Shown here: piece by piece, positions 25,601 through 37,600 of the stretch | Layout: each line of letters begins with the position of its first letter | Numbering within the stretch: the stretch's first letter is position 1 | Assembly (NCBI RefSeq): GCF_902459465.1 | Contig: NC_047062.1 | Location: 3,286,001-3,350,000, forward strand | DNA from: Asterias rubens | Lineage: Eukaryota | DNA length: 64,000 nt | Direction of reading: 5' to 3' | Translations under genes and position numbers: made by a program | The notes under the pieces: model-generated | What the model was told of the DNA's origin: nothing | Databases searched by the model: none | The model's input: only the letters and a program-made list of their open reading frames with translations

Positions 25601-28600
25601 TCTACGCATGCTTGACATCTGACCTTAGACACGGCGCCAGAGATCTTATCCTTGAGGACTGCCTCCTCCACCAGGCCTCTTAAGGTGTTGTTGTTCATCA
25701 GCCCCGTCAAGCCATTCAGAGCTCTCGTTTCGACATCACAAACGGGACAGAGGACTGTTTTGAAACCATCCTCTTTTTTTGACACGCTCTTTTCCAGACA
25801 CGGTCTGCAAACAGTGTGAAGACAGTCCAGTATCTTCGGCTCATGGAAGTAATCTTGACAAAGAGGGCACGAGATATCAGTTGAATCATCAATATCCTCT
25901 GGTAGTGAAACAACCTTTGCTTCTGTGTCTATAAACTCTTTCTTGACTTGGACAACCTCAAGACAGTCTGTAAAAAAAAATATATATATATTTGGTTTTT
26001 ATATGGCCCTTTTACATACACCATGTCTCAAAGCACTTCCAGCATTAATACCTGATCACTGAGCCATTTCATTCCTTCAACCATCTCAGCTCCCTGGGGA
26101 GTATACAGCCTGTGCCGCCAAATATGTAGCGCACTAAGCTAAACCAACTACAAGAACCATCTCTGCCCGCACAGGTACCCATTTACCACATGGGAAGAGA
26201 GAAGCAATTATAGTAAGTGTCTTGCTCAGGGACACAAGTGTCACGACCGGGATTCGATCCACACTCTGCTGAACAGAAATACCAGAGCTTAAGTTCGGTG
26301 CTGTTATCCACTCGGGGCCACAACACACTACAATTATTTAAATGTGGCGTGTCGTGGCTCAGAGCTTAAGAGCACAGGACTCAAGCTCTGGTGTTTCTTT
26401 CTGTCAGCAGAATGTGGGTTCAAGTCCCAGTAAAATTGTATTTTAGCTGGTTACCCTGTTCTGGTAAGCATAATTTTGTTTTGTTTATCTAGTTCTCATG
26501 CCTGGATCATTAAAAAATAATACAAGACTACTAGAATGAACAAAAAGAGGAAAACAAAAGAGAAAAGTAAAATAGGTTAACAATTACATCAAATATATGC
26601 ATTAAGAAAAAGTACTAGACAGTGCTGTAGTCAAGTACTTTTCAGTTGAGTTTCAAGTACTGACGAGTAACAGGATGATCAAGTAGTACTTGAGTATCAG
26701 TCCTCGGGCCAACAACGTCCTCTGATATAAGAGTATCGAGTCACAAAGCCTTCACAAAATTTTGAGTAAAAAGGTGGTAACGAACCTGTACAAAAACCTA
26801 CATTCTTCTATTCCTTGCATAATGCACATAAAGGAAAACAGAGAGAAAAGTAGTATTTTGACCATGAGTATGTTAAAAAAGGAAACTTTATACATTTTCG
26901 ATCAAGTACATGGCTTAAATTCAGATTATTTTCCAACTTTGTAACGAGAATGTGCTCATAAAGTATGATAAACATTTGTAGTTGGTATCTAGCATGAAAC
27001 GCTACCTAAGCGAACGTATGACTTATAATATGACGTATAACATAAGCTGCACTGAAACTGCCTTGATAAGTAACCAGCCCAAACTCCCATTCATCACTGC
27101 CCAGTGCACATTGCATGCATTGTCCGCTTGACTAAACACTGGCCTTACCTAGAAAGCGAACGTTATTTGACTTATAATATGACGTATAAATACTGGCGTT
27201 ACCTAAGCGACCGTTATGATGGCCTATAATATGACGTATAACGTAAGTTGCACTGACGTTGTCGAGTAGTGACCAGCCATAAACTCCTTTTCAATGGCTA
27301 TCAGATTAGGGCGCTGGGAACTTGCAATCTGCCCGGCGCACATTGTCCACTTGACAATTAGCCAGAATGTAACTTCAACTAGCATTCATTGGCATTTAGG
27401 TATTATGTAGAAACAAAAGTGATTTAAAGTTGGTTAACTGTGAAACCAAACTTGAAGGTGGTAAACTCTTTCAAACTTGGCCTTTGAACAAAATGTGCTT
27501 CTTTCTTGAACTGTAAAGTAATGTGGTCATAGTGTTTGCTTATTAAAGCAATAGTTTTCATAACAAAAGACCAAAAACTCTTACAATTTGTGAACACTAC
27601 CGAACGAGTGATTAGCTTTAGATTACAACAAAATATTTTGTTCATGTATTTATCACTTCAGTTTGAAGTTTTATTCTCCTCTTATATTTTGTGCCATAGA
27701 GTTTTGAAGAAATCTTTACATTGTAAATTCAGTTTGGGAAAATGTTTGGGACAAAAATGCGAGAAATTCATGTTTGTGACACCTGCTCCCCTCTACATGA
27801 AACATACATGTAGAACTTGATATTTTCATGAGAACAAATGAGTCAATTCCAGATAGGAAGGACATTAGGAAAGTATGGAACTTAAAATAAACATGTTGTA
27901 ATCGACTTTTCACTATTTTCTTGTGACCCAGATGACCGATCCATCTCAAACTTCTACAGGTTTTTATGTTTGTGGTGGACTACATAAAGTGCTTATCACT
28001 GCTAGCAATTGTTTTGTTGTTAGCAAAAAAACTAAACAATTCTGCAATCCAAAAATAAATGAAATTGAGTAAGCACATGTAATTAATAACAGAAGTTACA
28101 TCCACATCCCTGGCAAGGTGTAAATTTATCCCTTCAAATAGTGTCATCAAACGGTTTATGGTTTTGTTATTTCCTGTCATAAGTATTACTTAGCGCTGGA
28201 AAAAAAAAATCTGCCTAAATCGACTGCATTTTTTCAAAATGTATTTTCAAATACAAGTGATAAGTCAGAAATAAACAAGTTTTTTTTCCCCCTCAGTCAT
28301 GGAACAACCCCTGCGATGTACTCCTCTCAGCCATTTTGTCTAATTGCTCCTAACGTGTACGTTAACCACATGTTAAATAATTAAAAAGTCCGCATTATGG
28401 GGCCTAGTTTGCCCTTTATTAGAATAATACCAAACAATGTAATTGCGCTATCGCCGGTGTAAAGCGCCGAACAATGCATGCAAGGTGCACTGGGCAGATC
28501 ATCTGTCATTCATCGGAGCCACTGAATGGAGTTTAGGGCCAGTTAATTACGTTACCAAGGCAATTTCAGTGCAGCTTACGTTATACATGTACGTCATATG

Positions 28601-31600
28601 TGACCCACTCTGTTAAAATGAGTCACATGTCGCCCAAGGCAATATTAAGTTATGGACAGTTTAATGTGGAAAATGTATTTCCGCGCTTTTTTCAATTTTC
28701 ACAAAGCACTAAGATTGATCTTAACTTTGTATCAATCTTAATTGCTAAGCAAAGAGTGACGTCACAATACCAATTACCCTGTCCTTGGTTGTACTCTGTT
28801 TCGTTTATTTTTCCCGTGCAGTTTATTTTTGTTCCTATCCCATATCATTTATTAGTCCATTTTCTGTTTTCTTTTCCTGTGTTATTTCCCCGGCCCCGTA
28901 ATTTTGTTTTTGTCCTGCGTCCTGATCATTATTTTATCGTCCTGTTTTTCCCGTTTGTGTTAATTGTCAGTCGAATTAATTTTGTTAACCAAAGCTTAAA
29001 AATAATTTGTCATGTGCAATGAATGTCCAAAATGCGTAAACTTTTAAGGTATGTTTTACTACAAAAAAAGTTGTGTGTTTGTGGAGGGGGGAGGAGGTAA
29101 CAAAAGAGGTGTAGATGTCGCAAGTTTTAAGACAAAAATGAATGTCCCCTTGTGTAAACTTTTAATGTAAGGCGTGTTCTATTCAGTTTGCTTGAGGACG
29201 GATGCATGTGTCCTGAAAAAATGGAGCTGCGTTATAGGTGCCGTTCCCCCGTCCCCTGCCTCTCCCATATCCCCGTGCTCTAAAGCCCGCCTCCGATCTC
29301 CATGATCCCGTCCCGTACCACAGTTAAATAAAAGGTGCCGTTCCTCCGTCCCCTTCCCTCTCCCCTTCCCTCTCCCTGTCCCAAGTGCTCTAAAGCCCGC
29401 CTCCGATCTCCATGATCCCGTCCCGTAGCAAAAGTTTAATAAAAGGTGCCGTTCCCCTGTCCCCTTCCCTCTCCCCATCCCGCGTGCTCTAAAGCCCGCC
29501 TCCGATCTCCATGATCCCGTCCCGTACCACAGTTAAATAAAAGGTGCCGTTCCTCCGTCCCATTGCCCCTCCCTCTCCCCGTCCCACGTGCTATTTAAAA
29601 GGTGCCGTTCCCCCGTCCCCTTGCCTCTCCCCGTCCCACGTGCTCTAATGAAAGAAATAGATTCTCCATGATCCCGTCCCATTGCAAAAGTTAAATGTAA
29701 GGTGCCGTTTCCCCGTCCCCCTTCTCCTTCCCCTTCTCTCTCCCCGACCCACTTGCTCTAATATCTGACTTGTGGGACGGGGAGAGGCAAGGGGACGGGG
29801 GAACGGCACCTTTTAAATAGCATGTGGGACGGGGAGAGGGAGGGGCAATGGGACGGAGGAACGGCACCTTTTATTTAACTGTGGTACAAGATCATGCAGA
29901 ACGGAGGCAGGCTTTAGAGCACGCGGGACGGGGAGAGGGAAGGGGACGGGGGAACGGCACCTTTTATTAAACTTTTGCTACGGGACGGGATCATGGAGAT
30001 CGGAGGCGGGCTTTAGAGCACTGGGATATGGGAGAGGCAGGGGGACGGGGGAACGGCACCTATCACGCAGCTCCATTTTTTCAGTCCCATTGCAAAAGTT
30101 AAATGTAAGGTGCCGTTTCCCCGTCCCCCTTCCCCTTCCCCTTCTCTCTCCCCGACCCACATGCTCTAATATCTGACTCCGTTCTCCATGATCCCGTCCC
30201 ATAGCAACAGTTAAATAAAAGGTGCCATTCCTCGGTCCCCCTGCCCCTTCCTCTCCCCGTCCCAGTTAAATAAAAGGTGCCGTTCCCCCGTTCCCCTACT
30301 TCCTCTCCCCGTCCCACGTGCTCTAATGTCTGACTCCGTTCTCCATGATCCCGTCCCATAGCAACAGTTAAATAAAAGGTGCCATTCCTCGGTTCCCCTG
30401 CCCCTTCCTCTCCCCGTCCCAGTTAAATAAAAGGTGCCGTTCCCCCGTTCCCCTACTTCCTCTCCCCGTCCCACGTGCTCTAATGTCTGACTCCGTTCTC
30501 CATGATCCCGTCCCATAGCAACAGTTAAATAGCAGGTGCCGTTTCCCCGCCCCCTTCCCCTTCCCTCTCCCCGTCCCACGTGCTCTTAAGCCTGCCTCCG
30601 TGCTCCGTGATCCCGTCCCATATACGCCTCTCTTAATATTTATGCATGACGTCATAATTCTTACCCAAAATGAGGCTATGGGCGCGCGCAGCCACTGTAC
30701 TGTACGCGCGCTTGCATTGTACGCGCGGGCTGCCCATAGCAACAGTTAAAACGGCGGGCAAAACCCCACCAATTTTAGTGGTTTTTTGCTCATAAATCTG
30801 TCAATTTTCAACGGATTTTGTTCAAAAATAGATGAGTGTCAAGACGAAGTCAGCTCTTTTCTTCCGTGTAAATTTGGCGAGGTTTGATGCGGTATCCAGG
30901 GAGGAGATCCAATAACATACACACACACACACAGCTGTGTTTATGGTGTAAACCGAGGACTTCTCTTTGTTCTCCCATTGTTTGGACATAGTTTATTTTT
31001 TAGACGTCCCTATTGGTTTTGTACACAAATTCAAATTGAGGAAACCTCGGTGTGACTTTTTCCCGGATCCCTTTTGTTATAACCTTCTCCAAGTCCTCGG
31101 TTTGAATGCGTAGACATGCCCACACACACACACACACACACAAATCGGCTATTTATAAAGAGATGGTTAACCTTTAGAACACTTACTTTTAGGCAATAAA
31201 GCTATGAATACAACAATTTTGTGATCATACTTATGTCTAATTTGTATCCTTGTGCACACGATGTTTAAAATATCATTTTACATGTAATTCGTTTTTCACA
31301 AAAAATGGTGTAGTGGCTAATTTCAAACGGAAGTAACTCAGCAACGCGATACACCCCAAAGCTTAAACACATACCAAATTACTGCTGCTGATGTGTTCTT
31401 TCCAGCCATGCATATAACTCAATTTCTGAAATTGCCTACATCTGACTCATTTTCACAGAGCGGGTCACATATTATAAGTCATACGTTTGCTTAGGTAGCG
31501 TTTCATGCTAGATACCTAGTACCACCAAAATGGTACTCAACGTAAACTCAATTATGACTACCTAGTATGGATACTTCAACACCAGTATTAAAAGAGAAAG

Positions 31601-34600
31601 AAAGCCAGAAATACAACTAAAAATCAAAAGTGGTATAAAAGAGTTACAAAGTACAGAGTTTATGCATAAGTTTTTTGTTTGTTGAGAATTTGTGAACATT
31701 TATGGAAGTTGAGCATCCCCCCCCTGATTCTAGTTACCCTGTTTCAACAAATGGTGAAAAAGGAAACAACCATTGCTTAAGGAAACAAGTGTCAGGACTG
31801 GGACTCAATCCTAAACTTTGTTCAATGAGAAGCATGAGAACGTGATGCTTGTGTTGTTGTTGTTGGATATAGGTCCATAGATAGCACTACTAATAGGCCG
31901 GTCAACCACTCACACAAACAAAACCTGGATACGGACTATCGGCAACACAGATAGCTGTTTTAGAATTGCTGTAATTTTGTTGTTGTTTGAGCTATGACCG
32001 TGAATTTTTTGGAAGTAAAATAAACTTATAGGTTGCATATGTTGTGAAAGTTTCGTTATTTTTGTGTATTTAATATAAATTTTATAGCATTCTGAACTTG
32101 AGTATACGCAGCGTGAAGCTCAGCTTCACGAAACCGTAGCCGACAAAAATTGTTACAGTGAATTTTCGATCGCAAGAATTCCGGTGATGCCATTGTCCAA
32201 TCTCACCGCAAGAGGTCTCATTCGAAAGCTTAGATCCTGAGCTTTCATTTGGCGCATGCGCTGTTGGGGGGGGGGGGGGTTAAGCTCGACCAAAAAGTTA
32301 TAACGTTCAGAAAAAAGTTCACTTGCGATCTCTAAGAAAAGGGTGAGTAATTTCCTAAGCGCAACCGCAAATGGGTAGTCGAGTATTTCTCCTTCCATAA
32401 AAACTAACCTTTTGTACAGTTTTAGTGCTCATTCACGATGAAAACAGCATCTGAAAATTGTATCTCCAATGAAATATGAACGCTTTTGAGTGAGTGACAT
32501 GAGTCCAGTAACGATCGGCCTATTGTGTGTACGTGTGTGTGGATTTCACGTGCATTGAGCATACGGCCGGCTGGCCGCATGTGTGTAGTCCTACGTGTAC
32601 GTGCACATTCTGTTGTGCAACAGTATGGCATGTTTTGTGGGGCTATACCATTTTTGGGAGGGGTGTGCGCTTTGTGATGTTATAAAAATATATCATTTTG
32701 TATAGGGAACTAAGGATAATTAATTAATTAAAACCATGATTTTAATCACAATAACCATTTAGAGAACTGAGATGACAATACCTTTTTCCAAACAAAGAAA
32801 TTAGCTGTCAAAAAATGTATGTTCTATTTTTTAGCAACCCTAAATTTTGGAATATCCAAAAATGATGCATTATTCATTTCCTTATTTACAAACGTAAAAT
32901 TCGGCTGATTCTCAGGGTTTTTATGAACAAGTACTTCATTATTTTTTATCTTGTAAATTAGATTAGTGCTTTGAAGTATAGAAATAAAATGTAAATGGTG
33001 AACAATAGTTAAGCTGGCAAACACGATTTACTTTATTTTGTAATTTTTTTGTAAAAACCTTCAGAATAAGAATTAATGAAAATAAAATTAAGCTGCTTCC
33101 TCTCGAGACCTCCGACAACTTGCCAAAAGTCTGGGCATTTATTATTATTATATTTCCACACTCATAATAACAAAAGCAGAATCAATTTATTAAATAGCAC
33201 TTTAATTTATGTCACCATAATAACCATTTTAAAACACAAATGAGTACCAAATTGCAAGAAAATACGTAGTGCCGTTCTGACATTACACAGTTTTTGCATA
33301 TTAATTAGCTAATTTGCATACGAAAAATGTAATTTGCCAATCAATAGGATTAGCAAAGGTAAAGGCCCAATTTAATTAATGTCATCTTAATAAGCATCTT
33401 AAAACACCACTGTGTACCAATTTGCAAGGAATTACATAATGTAGTTTTGTTGTTACACAGTTTTTGCATATTAAGTAGCTTCGAAATCCTCAAAACGCAT
33501 GAATTCAGAGACTTATTTCATTTTTTGGTGATTCACAACGATTGTGATGAATAAGTAATACATACCAAATGTGAAAAGATGAAAATAGAGACACACCTCT
33601 ACCCAAAGCCTGCAGAACAAGTAGCATGCACCATGTTAACCCAGAAATATTTTGCCTTCAAAAACACACTTTTTGGGTTAATTCCTTGTTTTTGAACGAC
33701 TAAAGTAGGTTTGATGGCATAAATTGTAATTTTCAAGACCCTCTATTTTACAGTGTGTGTATTTTGGTATGTCTTTTCTTTTTTTGGGTAACATATGGGA
33801 TGTTTGCTTCAGGAAAAAGCTGCTTTTAGTTTTTTAAATTGTATTAATATGAAATTATAGCCTTGTAAAAACAGTATTTTGACACTTTTTGTCAAAACGA
33901 TGAGTTTTGGTATGACAAAACGACGTTTTCCAGACATTTTAAATCACCATAACTCGAAAACCGTATGTCCTAGAGATACAAGGTAAAAAAAATTTTTCAA
34001 CACCAAATTGACATATAGACAAGTTGTTTATTCTTACCATTTGATGCGGAGCTTGTACTGGCAATATCCATCTTGGTAGAGTTCAAGTTGTTGCTCTTTT
34101 AGACAATCGATGAGGATCAAAATTGTGTTTAACATTTGCAGTGCAATAAGTTGTTGCGTTACACAAATACGTCTGTTGGCAAGGGAGAATTACTCATGTC
34201 TGGATTTCTCACCAGAAAATAGTCCCGTTCTTTTCTTCTACACAAATTGTTCATCCATGCATCTACTGTACCCGTATTTTGTGGTGAATTGTGCTATAGC
34301 ATGCAACAAATGACAAGTTTCCTAAAATAATACCACTTGACACAACAATGGAGTCTAGACGGATGCATCCAAGAATTGAACATGTCCATTGTACACGTAA
34401 CATACAGCAGAGTACATATACACACTACATGGATGTAGATGGTGCCTGATGTACATAATGTCAGAAGTTCATCATGAAAAATGTGAATGCGTTAATATAT
34501 AACTGACCTAGTCCATGAGAACTCTATGGTAAAGACATCCATGCTAGAGTTGCGCATTCATATGATCAGCTTGTATGGTAACATGTGTAATGCAGTTACC

Positions 34601-37600
34601 ATGCAGAGCTGAACAAATAACGACGGGTACAGGCTATGGGAATAATTAACCAGCTTTGTACACAAGTACCACAACTGTAAATACTACACTACTCTGTTTA
34701 TGTGTTTTCACTCTTGGAAAATTTCGCTGTTTCTTTTTATGTTTGAAGATCATGCACTATCATCATTTTCACCTCAGTGTTTTCAAAATAGTTGACCCTT
34801 TAGAAAGGTTAGGGTCAAAGTTCAGTTCAGCTAGCCTGGGCTCTCAGTCATATAATCATAGTTTCGGATGGCTCAGAAAACTTGCATTGATTGAAGTGCA
34901 GAACAGGCTTTACCCTTCACTTCAGGATTCTTTTCAACACTGAACTGGCCAGCCAGATCACTTGGAGATAGTTTTGGCTGGTCCCCAGGTAAAATTAGCT
35001 GGGGAAAACTACCTTTTAAAGAAATCCAAATGCATTTTTAGATCAAGCAGCTCTGGCTACGGCTATGCCCCATTGGCAACAGTGATAGCTTTATAGAATA
35101 GGCCTTCTCAGTGATTCAGTCAGAGCCGCTATTGAATCCATCAAGTCAGACCCTTGCTCTATGGTCTGAGACAGCGGAGAACTAGAACAGTCAGAGCCCT
35201 TCATCTAGACGCGCTTAGTTTGGTATAAATGCATACAGGGAACCTTACAAATGGTATTGTATTGTACTTAAAAGATAAAATACCATCCAGGGCTAAGCTC
35301 CTCTCCCCCCAGCACAGATAAAAACCACAAGTTCAAAGTTTAGGGGTAATAGTTGAATAGAAAAACAGCACTTCAATTGCAGTACATTCACCTGTTTGTG
35401 GTTGAACATCCATACAGCTAAACACATACAAGATACTCAAAATTTGTATTTTCTTCAGTTTTTGTTTTTGTTTAAGACATTTTCACTTTTGTTGAGCAGG
35501 CCTGGACTTTTACGGAAGCCACGGCCTTTTTTGCCCTGGTCTTGAGATGAAATTCCAGGCCTATGTACACAAACTGATTGTATCACATGTATTATTATAA
35601 TTTCCATTTATTAGAAGTTCTGGCTTTGTATGGTATCTGTACTCTACATTTTCAACTTGTACTGGCGTGCAGCAGGCCTGCGAGTTAAATACATTTTTTA
35701 CTAGGGTGCCCGGGTTGTATGCATGCTCAGGTGAAAGTCATGCATGTGAAACTTGTAAGGGGATGATGCCGAAATAGGTAGAATTCAGCAAGGGTTTATT
35801 TATTTAAAAAAAAAAAAAAAAGTATTTTATCATGATGACAGTGTTGAAAACTAACGCCTTCGCAGTTATTCAGTATGAGCATTGAGCCAGATAACAGCCT
35901 TGAAAAGCTATTGTGTCCATTTTATCCTTACAAACAAATGTTCGCTATAAAATTACCGTAGCCGTTTAACGAGAGGCATTTATTGTTTCCATGAGAACTT
36001 TTACTTTTATACAAATATTACCGAAAGGGTAAAATAATTGTGCATAAATATTTAGCCATGTCTATCTTTTGAAACTTGAGCTACGATTCCAGTAGTTTAC
36101 TGCAATATTCTTGAAAAATTGATTTTCAGCAAACTCGGGCGGTGCAGGGACTTGAGGGCTAGATAATAAACTCTACCTGGCAATAATATACACACATGGT
36201 GTTACCGACAACCAAATATAAATTGATACTTCACCATGCAATGCCCTTAAATCACATTTAATTTTATCATTATCTTCAAACTGTGTAAGTTTACTGTTAA
36301 TCTGTGGGCATTGTGTTATTGTGTGTTGAACAAAAAGTACCCACATTTTTCAATAACTTCACAATCAGTATCTAATGCAGATATCCGCTTACAGGATTTG
36401 AGTACTTTTTGTAACACCAAACACAGTGTCCATAGATTTATTTTAAGCTTACACCGTTTGAAGATAATGATAGTAGAAAGCGAACCTTAAAATATTAGTT
36501 GCTGAGGTGCTGTAATTTTTGAGAAATGAATAAAACAATGTTAAATGAAAATGCCAACAATCGCTTCTTTATTATCGTAAATATCAAGTTATAAATCACA
36601 GGGGAATCTGATTGGGTAATTTTTAACTAATATTAGGTTGATCAAATATAAACTGACTAGAGTTAGACTTGAACTGGAGGTGGCAGGTTGAAGTCCTGTT
36701 TTGGTCAATTGATCTTTGTTGTACATTTTCAAATTGTCAATGGGTATAAACAACACACAATTGGAAGGAAAGTACCCACATTTGAAAATAGTTTGTTATT
36801 ATTTTTCATATGCATAACTAAAAGCTGCAAACTAATTTTATCGTAGATATTGTTGCTGTATTTATTTTGATAAAGCGTACATTTTCAAATTGTCAATGGG
36901 TATAAACAAAATGCAATTTGAAGGAAAGCTGCATAAATGACTAGCAATGCTTCTTGCGAATTCATAGGCAGTTTTGAATAATGATTGCCTAAAAGTGGCA
37001 ATTTGTCCAATATAAATCTAAATGTATGTGACTATAGACGATGTGACCTATGTTTACATTCAAACCGCCCTCTGTTGACAAAACACTATATACGTCATGT
37101 TTCCCCGGGCAAAGAGTTGCAGAGTCATAGTAAGATTGCGTACACTTTCTAGATGGCTGCCAAAATACAAAGGTTTTGCCCGGCAGTATGCGCGCGAATC
37201 ATGTTATGGTTTTCGTGTGACGTCAGAGGTCACATCGTCTATAACATACGATAATTGTCTCAGGTTGCGCAGGTTTTCTTCCTTTACTCATCTATTCACT
37301 GTGGTGTTTGTAGCTCATGTTAAAAGTTTCTTTAGGAAAATTTTATTAGTAAGAATAAACAAGATGCAGTAATGCCCCAAACAGCCTAAAGCATGCGCTA
37401 TATGTACAAAAAACCCATCTTGTTTAACCAAAGTAGCCCCGTCAGTTATCAAAGAATTGGGGGCCCTGGGGTTACATGAAGAAAAAAAACTTGCATAATT
37501 AAGTAAATATGCCTAAATCTACAAAAACACAACAAAACCTTAAAATATTAAAGAGTAAAAGGGGGGGGGGAATGTAAAAGACTCTAGATAAGAAAAGAAA

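Larger units (their letters stand above)
28600..31468. mobile_element. TIR MITE with 4-bp TSD ATAT (middle layer; ~414 bp without its insert)
   Basis: ATAT|GTGACCCACTCTGTTAAAATGAGTCACATG ... CATCTGACTCATTTTCACAGAGCGGGTCAC|ATAT. Confidence 0.8.
26984..31516. mobile_element. Long-TIR non-autonomous DNA element (outer layer of the nest), superfamily not assigned
   Basis: The left end ggtatctagcatgaaacgctacctaagc...gcactgaaactgcc has its reverse complement split between 31473-31516 and ~28460-28595. TSD ambiguous (tagt). Confidence 0.7.

Noticed and set aside
29179-30742. Gly/Arg-rich ORFs (RGG-like proteins)
   Set aside because: These are translations of the minisatellite, with no splice or start context.
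31870-33995. Separate gene or classified transposon in TRIM-A intron 1
   Set aside because: The sequence is specific to unit A and looks repeat-derived, but I found no TIR/TSD pair or credible ORF.
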